DNA of 64,000 nucleotides, from NCBI GenBank assembly GCA_965227775.1, contig OZ245777.1, positions 1,696,001 to 1,760,000 on the forward strand, in the 5' to 3' direction. Position numbers and translations under genes: made by a program. Numbering within the stretch: the first letter of the stretch is position 1; each line of letters opens with the position of its first letter. Shown in pieces: positions 28,381 to 37,556 of the stretch. The stretch comes from Phycisphaerales bacterium (lineage in GTDB: Bacteria; Planctomycetota; Phycisphaerae; Phycisphaerales; UBA1924). A model generated the notes under the pieces. That model made no database searches. It worked only from the letters and a program-made list of their open reading frames with translations, and had not been told where the DNA came from.

Positions 28381-29811
28381 CTAGCTTTCGACCTTGAAGG
28401 CCTTGAGCGCGCGCTCGCGTGCCTCGTGGTGGTCGACGACGCGCTCGGGGTAGCCGGTATCGTCCAGCAGCCCTTCGCTCTCCCATGGTGTATGGATGTC
28501 GTCTCCCTTGACGCCCGAGAGCTCATCGACGAACCTGCGGATGTACTCGCCATCGGGGTCGAACTTCTTGCTCTGGCTGATCGGGTTGAAGATGCGGAAG
28601 TAGGGTGCCGCATCGGTGCCGGTCGCCGCCGACCACTGCCAGCCGCCGTTGTTGCTCGCCAGGTCGCCGTCGACGAGGTGCTGCATGAAGTACCGCTCTC
28701 CCCAGCGCCAGTCGATGAGCAGGTCCTTGGAGAGGAACATGGCGACGGCCATGCGCGAGCGGTTGTGCATCCAGCCGGTCTGGTTGAGCTGGCGCATGGC
28801 GGCGTCCACGATCGGGTAGCCCGTCTTTCCCTGGCACCAAGCCGAGAACTGACCCTTGGCTTCGTCGTCGTCTCGCCAGGCGATATCGTACTTGGCGTTG
28901 AACGCTCGGTGCCGGCAGACCCGCGGGAAGGCGACGAGGATCTGGCGGTAGAACTCTCGCCAGATGACCTCGCTCATCCAGTGCACGGCGCCCTTGCTGC
29001 CGCCATCGATCTTGCCGTTGTTCGCGTCGAGGGCGGCTTCGATGCACTGTCGGGGCGAGATGGCGCCGATTGCGAGGTACGGGCTGATGGTGCTCGTGCC
29101 GTTGATGGCCGGGTAATCTCGTTCTTCCTTGTAGGGGTCGAGACGACCCTCGATGAAGCTGCGTAGGCGCGAGAGCGCGTGGTCCTCGCCGGCCTTCCAG
29201 AGATCGGGCCGGCCGCCGTCGGGGTCGAAATCGCCGAACTTGTCGGGCACGGCGTCGGGCGACGAGACCATCTCGGGCTGCTTCTTGGCGAGGCCCTGGG
29301 CCTTGGGCACCAGCCCGTCCTTGAAGTGCTGGTACCACTTTCTCTTAAAGGGCGAGTAAACGGTGTATGGCTTGTCTTCCTTCGTGCGCAGCTCCCCGGG
29401 CGGCACGCAGTTCTGGTCGTGGAAGCTGCGGACCGAGAGCCCGGCTCTTGCAAATGCGGCGGCAACGGTCGCGTCGCGGTTCCGCTCGTTGACCTCGTAC
29501 TCCTCATTGAAGAAGAGCGCGGTGCAGTGGTGCTCCTTGGCAAGCTTCAGCAGATCCTTCTCAATGCCCTCGAACGTGTCTCGCTCGATGAACTTGAGTG
29601 CGATATTGCGAGACTTGAGCCCGTCGCTCAGCTCTTCGAGGCCGCGGCGCAAGAAGTCGACCTTCATGTCGCCCCAGTCATGCTCGTGCCACTGCTTCGG
29701 GCAAATCGTGAACACAGCCAGCACGCCCTGAGAGGCGGCCGTGCAGGCAGCGCTGAGGGCCGAGTTGTCGCGGGTTCGCAGGTCTGCGCGGAACCACATC
29801 AGGGGTCGCAT
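28381..29811 (-). CDS. phrB: Deoxyribodipyrimidine (CPD) photolyase, class I type
   Basis: WFRADLR..DN, TSTISPYL..G.ISPR, WREFY, TGYPIVDAAMRQL..TGWMHNR, NNGGWQW, FRIFNP. Confidence 0.93.
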   Translation of the reverse strand: MRPLMWFRADLRTRDNSALSAACTAASQGVLAVFTICPKQWHEHDWGDMKVDFLRRGLEELSDGLKSRNIALKFIERDTFEGIEKDLLKLAKEHHCTALFFNEEYEVNERNRDATVAAAFARAGLSVRSFHDQNCVPPGELRTKEDKPYTVYSPFKRKWYQHFKDGLVPKAQGLAKKQPEMVSSPDAVPDKFGDFDPDGGRPDLWKAGEDHALSRLRSFIEGRLDPYKEERDYPAINGTSTISPYLAIGAISPRQCIEAALDANNGKIDGGSKGAVHWMSEVIWREFYRQILVAFPRVCRHRAFNAKYDIAWRDDDEAKGQFSAWCQGKTGYPIVDAAMRQLNQTGWMHNRSRMAVAMFLSKDLLIDWRWGERYFMQHLVDGDLASNNGGWQWSAATGTDAAPYFRIFNPISQSKKFDPDGEYIRRFVDELSGVKGDDIHTPWESEGLLDDTGYPERVVDHHEARERALKAFKVES

Positions 29812-29821
29812 GGGGCGGGCC

Positions 29822-31444
29822 TCACTTCTCGATATCGCCGATGCCGAGCTTCTTGCGCATGGAGGTGGCGCTGACTCGGATGGAAATCTTCTCTTCCTTG
29901 GACATGTTCTTGACGCTCTTCATGATGAGGGCCATGCGATTGTTGCCGGCGAATCGGTCTTCGTTGCGAATGAGGAAGTCCCAGTAGAACGTGTTGAACG
30001 GGCATGCTGGGCCCCTGTCGGTCTCGCCCGTGCGTGCCTTGTTGTCGTAGGGGCACTTTTTGCAGAAGTTGGACATCTTGTTGATGTAGTTCGCGCTGCC
30101 CGCGTATGGCTTGGTCGCCACGACGGGGCCGCCGTCCTCGGTGCCGTCGGCGTACATCGCCATGCCGATGGTGTTGGGCGTGGTGGCCCAATCGACGCTG
30201 TCGGCGTACATGCCGAAGTACCAGTCGCCGATCTTGCGCGGGTGCACGCCCGCGATAAGGGCAAAGTTTCCGGTGACCATCAACCGCGGGATGTGGTGCA
30301 TCCAGGCGTAGTCGAGCACGGGGTCGATGCACTCCTTCATGCAGCGCATGTCGGTATCGCCGGTCCAATAGAAGTCTGGTAGGTCGCCGTGCTGATCGAG
30401 GTAGTTCCGGTCGCGATACCCGGGGCCCTCACGCCAGTAGACGCCGCGGATGTACTCGCGCCAGCCGATGAGCTGTCGAACGAAGCCCTCGACGGAGTTG
30501 ATCGGCGCGTTGCCCTTCTCGAAGGCCTTGATGGCCGCGTCGATGCACTTGGTTGGGTCGAGCAGCTTCAGGTTCAGCGGCACGCTGAGATGGCTGTGGT
30601 AGAGCCAGGGCTGGCCGGTCCACATCGCGTCCTCGTACGGCCCGAACTCGCGCAGACGGTACTTGATGAAGTGATCGAGCGATTTCTTGGCGTCCGAGCC
30701 GGTGACGGGCCAGCCGAAGTCGTCGAGGTTGCCCGGGGCGTCTGGGTAGCGCTTCGTGACGAGTTCGATGACTTCCTTCGTGACATCATCGGGGTCGAAC
30801 CGCAGCGGCGGGGGCGAATCCGGCCCGCCCTTCTTGAACGACTCGCGGTTGTCGTGGTCGTAGTTCCACTGGTCGCCTTCCGGCTTGCCGTCGCCGTCGA
30901 CGAGGATGCCAAGCGCCCTGCGTCGCTCGCGATAGAAGTACTCCATCGTGAGGTCCTTGCGGCCGTCGGCCCATTCGTTGAACTCGTCGAGCGTGCAGGT
31001 GAAGTGCGTGTCGTCGAGTATTTCGGTCTCGACATTGGTGGCGTCCTTCCAGCCCTGGGCTTCCTGGTAGACGCGCCAGTCGCCGGGGTGGACGACGATG
31101 ATGCGGTCTGGCTTGAGGGCCTTGGCAGCGCGTTTCACTTCGCCCGTGAGGCTGTGCGTGTTGCCTCGCTGGTCGACCGGGGTGTAGCGGACGCGGTAGT
31201 CCTTGTCGCGAAGCTCGAGGGCGAAGTGGCGCATGGCCGAGAAGAACAGGGCCGTCCGCTGGCGGTGGCTGGGGCCGAGCGAGGCTTCCTCGTCGACCTC
31301 CATCATGAGCACGGCGTCGGCCTTCTTGTCGAGCCGCCGAAGAGCCGGGCCGCGCGGGTCGAGTTGGTCACCCAGAATGACCGCGAGCGTGCCGACCGAG
31401 CCGCTGACGTCGCTTGGCTGCATGTCGAAGGCAGATCTTGCCAT
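29822..31444 (-). CDS. FeS-cluster bacterial cryptochrome/(6-4) photolyase family protein
   Basis: ILGDQL, MEYFYR, WNYDHDNR, FGPYEDAM, EGFVRQLIGWREY, HHIPRLM, KPY, Cys ligands FCKKC and ACPFN. Confidence 0.9.
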   Translation of the reverse strand: MARSAFDMQPSDVSGSVGTLAVILGDQLDPRGPALRRLDKKADAVLMMEVDEEASLGPSHRQRTALFFSAMRHFALELRDKDYRVRYTPVDQRGNTHSLTGEVKRAAKALKPDRIIVVHPGDWRVYQEAQGWKDATNVETEILDDTHFTCTLDEFNEWADGRKDLTMEYFYRERRRALGILVDGDGKPEGDQWNYDHDNRESFKKGGPDSPPPLRFDPDDVTKEVIELVTKRYPDAPGNLDDFGWPVTGSDAKKSLDHFIKYRLREFGPYEDAMWTGQPWLYHSHLSVPLNLKLLDPTKCIDAAIKAFEKGNAPINSVEGFVRQLIGWREYIRGVYWREGPGYRDRNYLDQHGDLPDFYWTGDTDMRCMKECIDPVLDYAWMHHIPRLMVTGNFALIAGVHPRKIGDWYFGMYADSVDWATTPNTIGMAMYADGTEDGGPVVATKPYAGSANYINKMSNFCKKCPYDNKARTGETDRGPACPFNTFYWDFLIRNEDRFAGNNRMALIMKSVKNMSKEEKISIRVSATSMRKKLGIGDIEK

Positions 31445-31561
31445 GGCGTGAGGCTACCGGTGAGGTGGTCGCACCGTGATTGCCCCATCGAGGAAATCGG
31501 GCAAGCAGCCGCGTGCCCCGGGCGAGCCCGTATCGGCACCGGGGAGGCCATATGCTGGGCT

Positions 31562-32653
31562 ATGGATGCTGCAACGCCACCGGAGAAGCCCGAGTTGGCC
31601 ATTTCGGCCTCGCGACATCTCATCGACTGGATGGCGTCGCGGGCCGTCAGCCTGGGCCTGAGCACGTACCAGGCCGGCAAGCTGTTCCTGGTGGGTGTGC
31701 AGCCCAATGGCCGGCTGAGCGTCTACGAGCGGACGTTCAACCGCTGCATGGGGCTGCATGCCTCGGCCGACGGCCAGACGCTTTGGATGGCCTCGCTCTA
31801 CCAGCTCTGGCGGCTGGAGAATTACGTGCCCACGGGCCAGGCTACGTCCGATGGCTACGACGCGCTCTACGTGCCCACGCTGGGGCATACGACGGGTGAC
31901 GTTGACGTGCACGACATTGTGGTGCCCCAAGGGCAGGCGCCGGTGTTCTGCGTCACTGCGTTCAACTGCATCGCGACGGTGAGCCACACGCACAGCTTCA
32001 AGCCCGTGTGGTCGCCCTCGTTCATCGGCGCGCCGCTGTCGGCGCCGGTGGGGGAGGATCGGTGCCACTTGAACGGGCTTGCGGGCGACCCAGCAACCGG
32101 CGAGCCCAGGTACGCCACGGCGGTCAGCAAGAGCGACGTGGCCGACGGCTGGCGCGACCGGCGCGACGGTGGGGGCGTGCTCATCGACGTTCGCTCGGGC
32201 GACATCGTGGCGGAAGGTCTGAGCATGCCGCACTCGCCGCGCATGCACCCGGCCCACCCGGACAAGGTGTGGCTGGTCAACGCGGGCACGGGGTTCTTCG
32301 GCTACGTCGATCTCAAGAGCGGGTCGTTCGAGAACGTGGCGTTCTGCCCGGGTTTTGCGCGCGGGCTGACGTTCGAGGGCGAGCACGCCGTCGTTGGTCT
32401 CTCGGCGGCCCGCAAGAACCGGACGTTCGAGGGGCTGCCCCTGCAAGAGAATTTGAAGGCGAAAGACGCCGAAGCGCGGTGCGCTCTGCACGTGATCAAC
32501 CTGGCAACGGGCACCACCGACCACTGGCTGCGGCTTGAGGGGGTGGTACGCGAGCTCTACGACGTGATCACGCTGCCCGGCGTGCGGCGGCCGATGCTTC
32601 TGGGCTTCAAGTCCGACGAGATCCGCCGGATGCTGCGGATCGAGGAGCCCTAG
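31562..32653 (+). CDS. TIGR03032/DUF4915-like protein
   Basis: STYQAGKL, TGDVDVHD, EDRCHLNGLA, GLSMPHSPR, FCPGFARGL. Confidence 0.8.
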   Translation: MDAATPPEKPELAISASRHLIDWMASRAVSLGLSTYQAGKLFLVGVQPNGRLSVYERTFNRCMGLHASADGQTLWMASLYQLWRLENYVPTGQATSDGYDALYVPTLGHTTGDVDVHDIVVPQGQAPVFCVTAFNCIATVSHTHSFKPVWSPSFIGAPLSAPVGEDRCHLNGLAGDPATGEPRYATAVSKSDVADGWRDRRDGGGVLIDVRSGDIVAEGLSMPHSPRMHPAHPDKVWLVNAGTGFFGYVDLKSGSFENVAFCPGFARGLTFEGEHAVVGLSAARKNRTFEGLPLQENLKAKDAEARCALHVINLATGTTDHWLRLEGVVRELYDVITLPGVRRPMLLGFKSDEIRRMLRIEEP

Positions 32654-32660
32654 GGGCGTC

Positions 32661-33434
32661 TTAGCAGCCGGCGTCGAACTCGTTCTGGAACGCGAGGAAG
32701 TCGAAGATAGTCAGCTCGCCATCGCCGTCGAAGTCGGCAATGAGATCGCCGGCGTCAAACAGGTTCTGGTACGCGAGGAAGTCGAAGATCGTGAGCTCAC
32801 CATCGCCGTCCAGATCGACCCGGCAGGTATCGACCAGCACGAGCACGAGCTGCGGGTGGAGCGCGGGATCGGAGAACTCGAGACTGTGGAAGTAACCATA
32901 CCGCGAGGCGCCAGCGGTGCTCTCGCGGAGCTGGGCCACGGCGAATCCGTTGTTGGCGGCGCCGTCGGCAATGGCTTTCACCAGGCCGGTTACGTCATAG
33001 TCAAGCCAGCCCGTGCTGAAGCTGTCACCCACTCGGCTGCTGTCGTTGCCCGCGGCTTCGCCGTTGTCGGGCTTGGTGTTCCAGGTCACCAAGTCGGCAT
33101 CCCAATCGCTCAGCAGAGCAAAGACGTCGTCGCCCAGCCCACCTGCGGCCGGCTCGGTGCGATGCTGGTAGACCCGGAGCGTTGCGCTCTCGACCTGGTC
33201 GGAGCTGGTCAGATCATCGAGTTCGAAATCAAGATACAGCCGGCCGAAGCCCAGCCCCCAGAATCTGCCCTTGCCCGCGGCGAGCTCCTCGGCCGAGCCG
33301 AAGTTCGTGTCGGGCATCGAACTCTCGACGTAGGTGTCGGAGGTGGCGATGCGGGTCTCATCCTGAGCAAGACAAGCCGTCGCGGCGGCGCAAAGGGTCG
33401 AGATCGCCAGCACGTGGGAAACTTTCGAGGGCAT
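32661..33434 (-). CDS. Secreted DNRLRE-like domain protein with C-terminal GC-type dockerin
   Basis: Signal peptide, DTYV....PDTNFG, SATLRVY, VTWNTKP, DVTGLV, NNGF, PQLVL; ends in a dockerin (DAGC). Confidence 0.75.
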   Translation of the reverse strand: MPSKVSHVLAISTLCAAATACLAQDETRIATSDTYVESSMPDTNFGSAEELAAGKGRFWGLGFGRLYLDFELDDLTSSDQVESATLRVYQHRTEPAAGGLGDDVFALLSDWDADLVTWNTKPDNGEAAGNDSSRVGDSFSTGWLDYDVTGLVKAIADGAANNGFAVAQLRESTAGASRYGYFHSLEFSDPALHPQLVLVLVDTCRVDLDGDGELTIFDFLAYQNLFDAGDLIADFDGDGELTIFDFLAFQNEFDAGC

Positions 33435-33546
33435 GGTGCATCCTCCGTAGGGTTCGATCGCAATACTCTCTCAGGTAGAGATACACATGCCCGGCGGCGG
33501 GCGTGACCACTTGCCCGAGCGGCTCCGGACTCCCGCGAGGTGTTCC

Positions 33547-35346
33547 ATGATGCACACAGTTCCGCGAACGTGCGTTGCCATGGTGCTGGCGGTCTGCTCG
33601 GTAGCGTTTTCCACGACTGTGTCGCGAGCGCAACCGAACGCACTCCGCACCGAAGTATCCGAGAGGCTATCGGATGTTCGCGAGCGGGCGCCCGCCGAGA
33701 TCGCCTCGGACGAGGGCCGAGACGGGCTTCTGGCCGAGCTCGACCGGCTCCTAACGACGATGGGGACGCACGGGACCAAGCGGGACGAGACCCTGCTGGG
33801 CGAGGTTGCCCGCCTTCGCCGCAGCGTCTCCCTGGCCGGCAGCGTTCCTGCGGATGCACGCGCTACGTGGCTGGCGTATCTCTCTCGCGATGATGGACCC
33901 GGCTTGACGCTCGTGCACGCGGTCGTACCGGCGGATCGGACGATCGGCGTACTGGAGACCCTCGGCGAGCTTCGTGCGTCGTTTGGTGATGAGAAGGTCG
34001 GCCGATATCCGTCGCTCGTTGCAGCGTTGTGCATCGTGCATGACGGCGAAGACCCATTCAAGCGACGCGTCAACGAGAACTCGGCAGTATCGGCCGGCCC
34101 GGTCGCTCTGTTTGAGTACTACACGAGCAATGAGCGCCAGATGCTCTTCGGCCTACGCAACGTGCCGCCCGAGCTCTTGGCGTACGTGGTCGACGCGGCG
34201 GCGAGCATCGACGAGCTTCGCTGGGCGCTCAACGAGCATCGTGGCGATCGGGCGGTGGGGGAGCGGTTCTTCGACATCGACTACGACCACGAGCATGCGC
34301 GCAGCGGTAGGGCGAAGCAGGTGACCGAGCGCGGCTTCACGATCCAGAACATCCGCGAGTACGGCGGCGTGTGCGCCGATCAGTGCCACTACGCCGTGAC
34401 GGTTGGCAAGGCCATCGGCGTGCCAACGGCGTACGTGACCGGTCGTGGCGGCGAGGTCGGCCACGCGTGGGTCGGCTACCTCGAGTCCCAGGGCCGCCGC
34501 GCGCGGTGGAACTTTGACGTCGGCCGTTACGACGAATACCAGGGCGTGCTCGGCAGCGTGATGGATCCGCAGACGCGAAGCACGATCGGCGACGATGAGC
34601 TCGGGTTGCTGGCGCGGCTCGCGTCAGTAAATGAACGCCAGCGGCACGCGGCGACGGCGTGGCTCGATGCGGCTGAGGTGCTGCAGGCCGGCGTCCAGCC
34701 AATTGACCTCGAGACGCCCCGCCGAGTGGGAACGAACCGCACGGGCCACAGCGGTGTGCTCGAGCTGGCAGAGATGGCCCTGCGAGAGAACCCCGCCGAT
34801 CGCCGGGGCTGGGCGATCGTGGCGGAGGCCGTGACCGATCCCGCGATGTCGATGGCCGACCGCGTGCGATGGTCGAACGTGATCATCCGCCTGTGCGACG
34901 AAGCCGGGGCTGAGCATTTTATGGTGGGCATGATCGAACCCATGGTGGCGTCGATGGACGATCCCAAGGACCGCATCGCCACGTGGGAGCGCGTGCTCAA
35001 TCACGTGAAAACGAAGAAGGACCTACGCGCCCGCATCCGAATGACGCAGGCGGCCGATGCGATCGAGCGGGGCGACAAGCACGGCGCGTATCTTGCGTAC
35101 CAGGACGTGATCGACTCATCGCTGAACGAGACACAGATGTCCAGGTACGCCGTAGCCGGTGCTGTGGGCATGCTGGAGCAAGCCGGCAAGCATCGTGAAG
35201 CGGCGACGCTGCTAGGCGACGTTCTCAAGCGGGTCGATCGCCCGACCCATGCGGCCGCGTTCTCGCGCGGCAGCAACTACTACGCGATCCGGGCGATGGC
35301 CGAGGCCTACTCGGCCAAGCACGGGGTAGCAGTGGCGGGGCTGTAG
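33547..35346 (+). CDS. Secreted protein with transglutaminase-like core
   Basis: Signal peptide; GGVCADQCHY, GKAIGVP, GHAWV, WNFD. Confidence 0.6.
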   Translation: MMHTVPRTCVAMVLAVCSVAFSTTVSRAQPNALRTEVSERLSDVRERAPAEIASDEGRDGLLAELDRLLTTMGTHGTKRDETLLGEVARLRRSVSLAGSVPADARATWLAYLSRDDGPGLTLVHAVVPADRTIGVLETLGELRASFGDEKVGRYPSLVAALCIVHDGEDPFKRRVNENSAVSAGPVALFEYYTSNERQMLFGLRNVPPELLAYVVDAAASIDELRWALNEHRGDRAVGERFFDIDYDHEHARSGRAKQVTERGFTIQNIREYGGVCADQCHYAVTVGKAIGVPTAYVTGRGGEVGHAWVGYLESQGRRARWNFDVGRYDEYQGVLGSVMDPQTRSTIGDDELGLLARLASVNERQRHAATAWLDAAEVLQAGVQPIDLETPRRVGTNRTGHSGVLELAEMALRENPADRRGWAIVAEAVTDPAMSMADRVRWSNVIIRLCDEAGAEHFMVGMIEPMVASMDDPKDRIATWERVLNHVKTKKDLRARIRMTQAADAIERGDKHGAYLAYQDVIDSSLNETQMSRYAVAGAVGMLEQAGKHREAATLLGDVLKRVDRPTHAAAFSRGSNYYAIRAMAEAYSAKHGVAVAGL

Positions 35347-35404
35347 TCGGTTGGCTTGGCTCTGGGCCCCTATCCTGCCCGAGTAGACGAGCAGGAGACC
35401 CCGC

Positions 35405-36667
35405 ATGACCGCCACGACCCGCCTGAACACGGGCACCAAGCCCTTCAACGCCCGCACCGATGACATCCTCGCCCAGCTCGAGCAGGGCGGGCAATACAAG
35501 CACCTCCAGATGCTCACCGGGCCGATGGGACCGACGGTCATGCTCCGCGACGACTCCGGCAAGTCCCGCGAGGTCATCTGCATGTGCTCGAACAACTACC
35601 TGGGCCTGGCCAATCACCCCGAGGTGGTTGAGGCGGGCATTGAGGGGCTCCGCAAGTACGGCGCGGGCACGGCGTCGGTCCGCTTCATATGTGGCACGTT
35701 CGATTGTCACGAGACGATCGAGAAGACGATTGCCACCTACATGGGGACCGAGAGCAGCTATACGTTCGTCAGCTGCTGGACGGCAAACGAGGCGATCTAC
35801 CCGACGTTCGCCGAGCCGGGCGACGCATTGATCTCTGACGAGCTCAACCACGCCTGCATCATCGATGGTATCCGACTAGCCGCAGTGATCAAGAAGGGCG
35901 TGGTTAAGGGTGTCTACAAGCACAACGACCTCGCGAACCTGCGCGACAAGCTGGAGGCGGCGCGCGCGAACCCGGATGTCACCGGCCAGATCTGGGTCGT
36001 CACCGACGGAGTCTTCAGCATGGAAGGCGACATCGCCGACCTGCCTGCGCTCCGCACGCTGTGCGATGAGTTCGACGCGATGCTCGTGGTCGACGACAGC
36101 CACGCGCACGGCGTGATGGGCACGACCGGCCGCGGCACGCACGAGCATTTCAACATGTGCCCAGGCGCGCCAGGCCACGACGCGAGCATGGGCGAGGTCG
36201 ACTTCTTCACTGGCACGCTGGGCAAGGGCCTGGGTGGCGGCGCGGGCGGCTTCATCGCGGGCAGCAAGCGCGGCACGGAGCTCATCGTGCAGCGCGGCCG
36301 GCCCACGCTGTTCAGCAACGCCCTGCCTTGCACGGTGGCCTGTAGCGCAAACAAGGCGATCGAGATCGTGCTTCGCGAGCCCGAGCGGGTCAAGGCCTTG
36401 CGCGACATCACCGCGTACGCGCGCCAGCAGATCGGCGGCGCGGGCTTCGAGGTGATCGACTCGCCCACGGCGATCTGCCCCATCATCGTTGGCGAGACGG
36501 CCAAGGCCATCGCGATGAGCAAGCGGTTGCTCGAACTTGGCGTCTTCGTCATTGGCTTTGGGTACCCCGTCGTTCCCGAGGGTGCGGCGCGTCTGCGGCT
36601 GCAGATGTCCGCTGTTCACACCAAGGAGCACGTCGATCAGGTCGTTGACGCGCTCAAGAAGCTCTAG
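35405..36667 (+). CDS. kbl: Glycine C-acetyltransferase (2-amino-3-ketobutyrate CoA ligase)
   Basis: CSNNYLGL, SVRFICGT, NHACIIDG, DGVFSMEG, DDSH, TLGK, YPVVP..AARLR. Confidence 0.85.
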   Translation: MTATTRLNTGTKPFNARTDDILAQLEQGGQYKHLQMLTGPMGPTVMLRDDSGKSREVICMCSNNYLGLANHPEVVEAGIEGLRKYGAGTASVRFICGTFDCHETIEKTIATYMGTESSYTFVSCWTANEAIYPTFAEPGDALISDELNHACIIDGIRLAAVIKKGVVKGVYKHNDLANLRDKLEAARANPDVTGQIWVVTDGVFSMEGDIADLPALRTLCDEFDAMLVVDDSHAHGVMGTTGRGTHEHFNMCPGAPGHDASMGEVDFFTGTLGKGLGGGAGGFIAGSKRGTELIVQRGRPTLFSNALPCTVACSANKAIEIVLREPERVKALRDITAYARQQIGGAGFEVIDSPTAICPIIVGETAKAIAMSKRLLELGVFVIGFGYPVVPEGAARLRLQMSAVHTKEHVDQVVDALKKL

Positions 36668-36677
36668 GGCTCTCGCC

Positions 36678-37082
36678 GTGCGGCGCACCAACATCTCCAC
36701 CGGCGGCCCATGGGAAGCCACGAACGGCTACAGCCGCTGCGTCAAGATCGAGCACGACACCCACACCGACTTCTTCTTTGCTGGCACGACAGCCGTCAAT
36801 GCCGACGGCACGATCGCTTGCGAGGGTGACGCCGGCGGGCAGGCGTCGGCGATCATCGAGCGCATCGGCGGCGTCCTCCGCGAGCATGGGGCCAGCCTCG
36901 AGCACGTGGTCGCGACGCGGCTGTACGTGACCGATCCGGCGCACGCCGAGGCAGTGGGGCAGGCGCACGGCGTTGCTTTCGGAGCCATCCTGCCCGCCGC
37001 AACGCTGCTGGTCATCGCTGGGCTCGTGGATCCTCGGATGCTCGTGGAGATCGAGGTGCACGCGGTGGCGCCGCGCGGCTGA
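36678..37082 (+). CDS. RidA family protein
   Basis: GPWE...GYSR, AGTT, PAATL..IAGLVDPRMLVEIE; GTG start. Confidence 0.85.
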   Translation: MRRTNISTGGPWEATNGYSRCVKIEHDTHTDFFFAGTTAVNADGTIACEGDAGGQASAIIERIGGVLREHGASLEHVVATRLYVTDPAHAEAVGQAHGVAFGAILPAATLLVIAGLVDPRMLVEIEVHAVAPRG

Positions 37083-37556
37083 TAATCTCAGGCGCTGGGC
37101 CACTCTCCACTCGACACCAAGAGTCGGCAGGATGAACCCAGCAGTGACACATCGGTGAACCGCAGGGCTTGCGGTGCATCGATGGGTCCGACGATGCTCG
37201 CTTCCTAATAGCACGAACGCGCCGCGGCTCTTGTACGCGGCGCATGCCCAGAGGCGGCCGACTTGCTCTGTACCTTCTACGAGCCCATGCATTATCGAGA
37301 TCTTAACGTGTGAATCCTGCGGGTTCATGAAGCGGCGTTCATCACTGAGCGATCACATAATCCTGGGTGTTTCTGTGGAGTTGGGGAGCGACATGCTGCC
37401 ACAAATCTGAGTGGGATTTTGCGACATTGTGTAGAACAAGCTTGTGATTCGTGTGCACTAGGACATCCTGTAGCTGTTTCAGTTTGAGTCGGCACGGTTG
37501 ATTTCAGTACAGTCTCCAAAGAACCGGATCAAGGCAACGGCTTTGAACGAGTTCGA

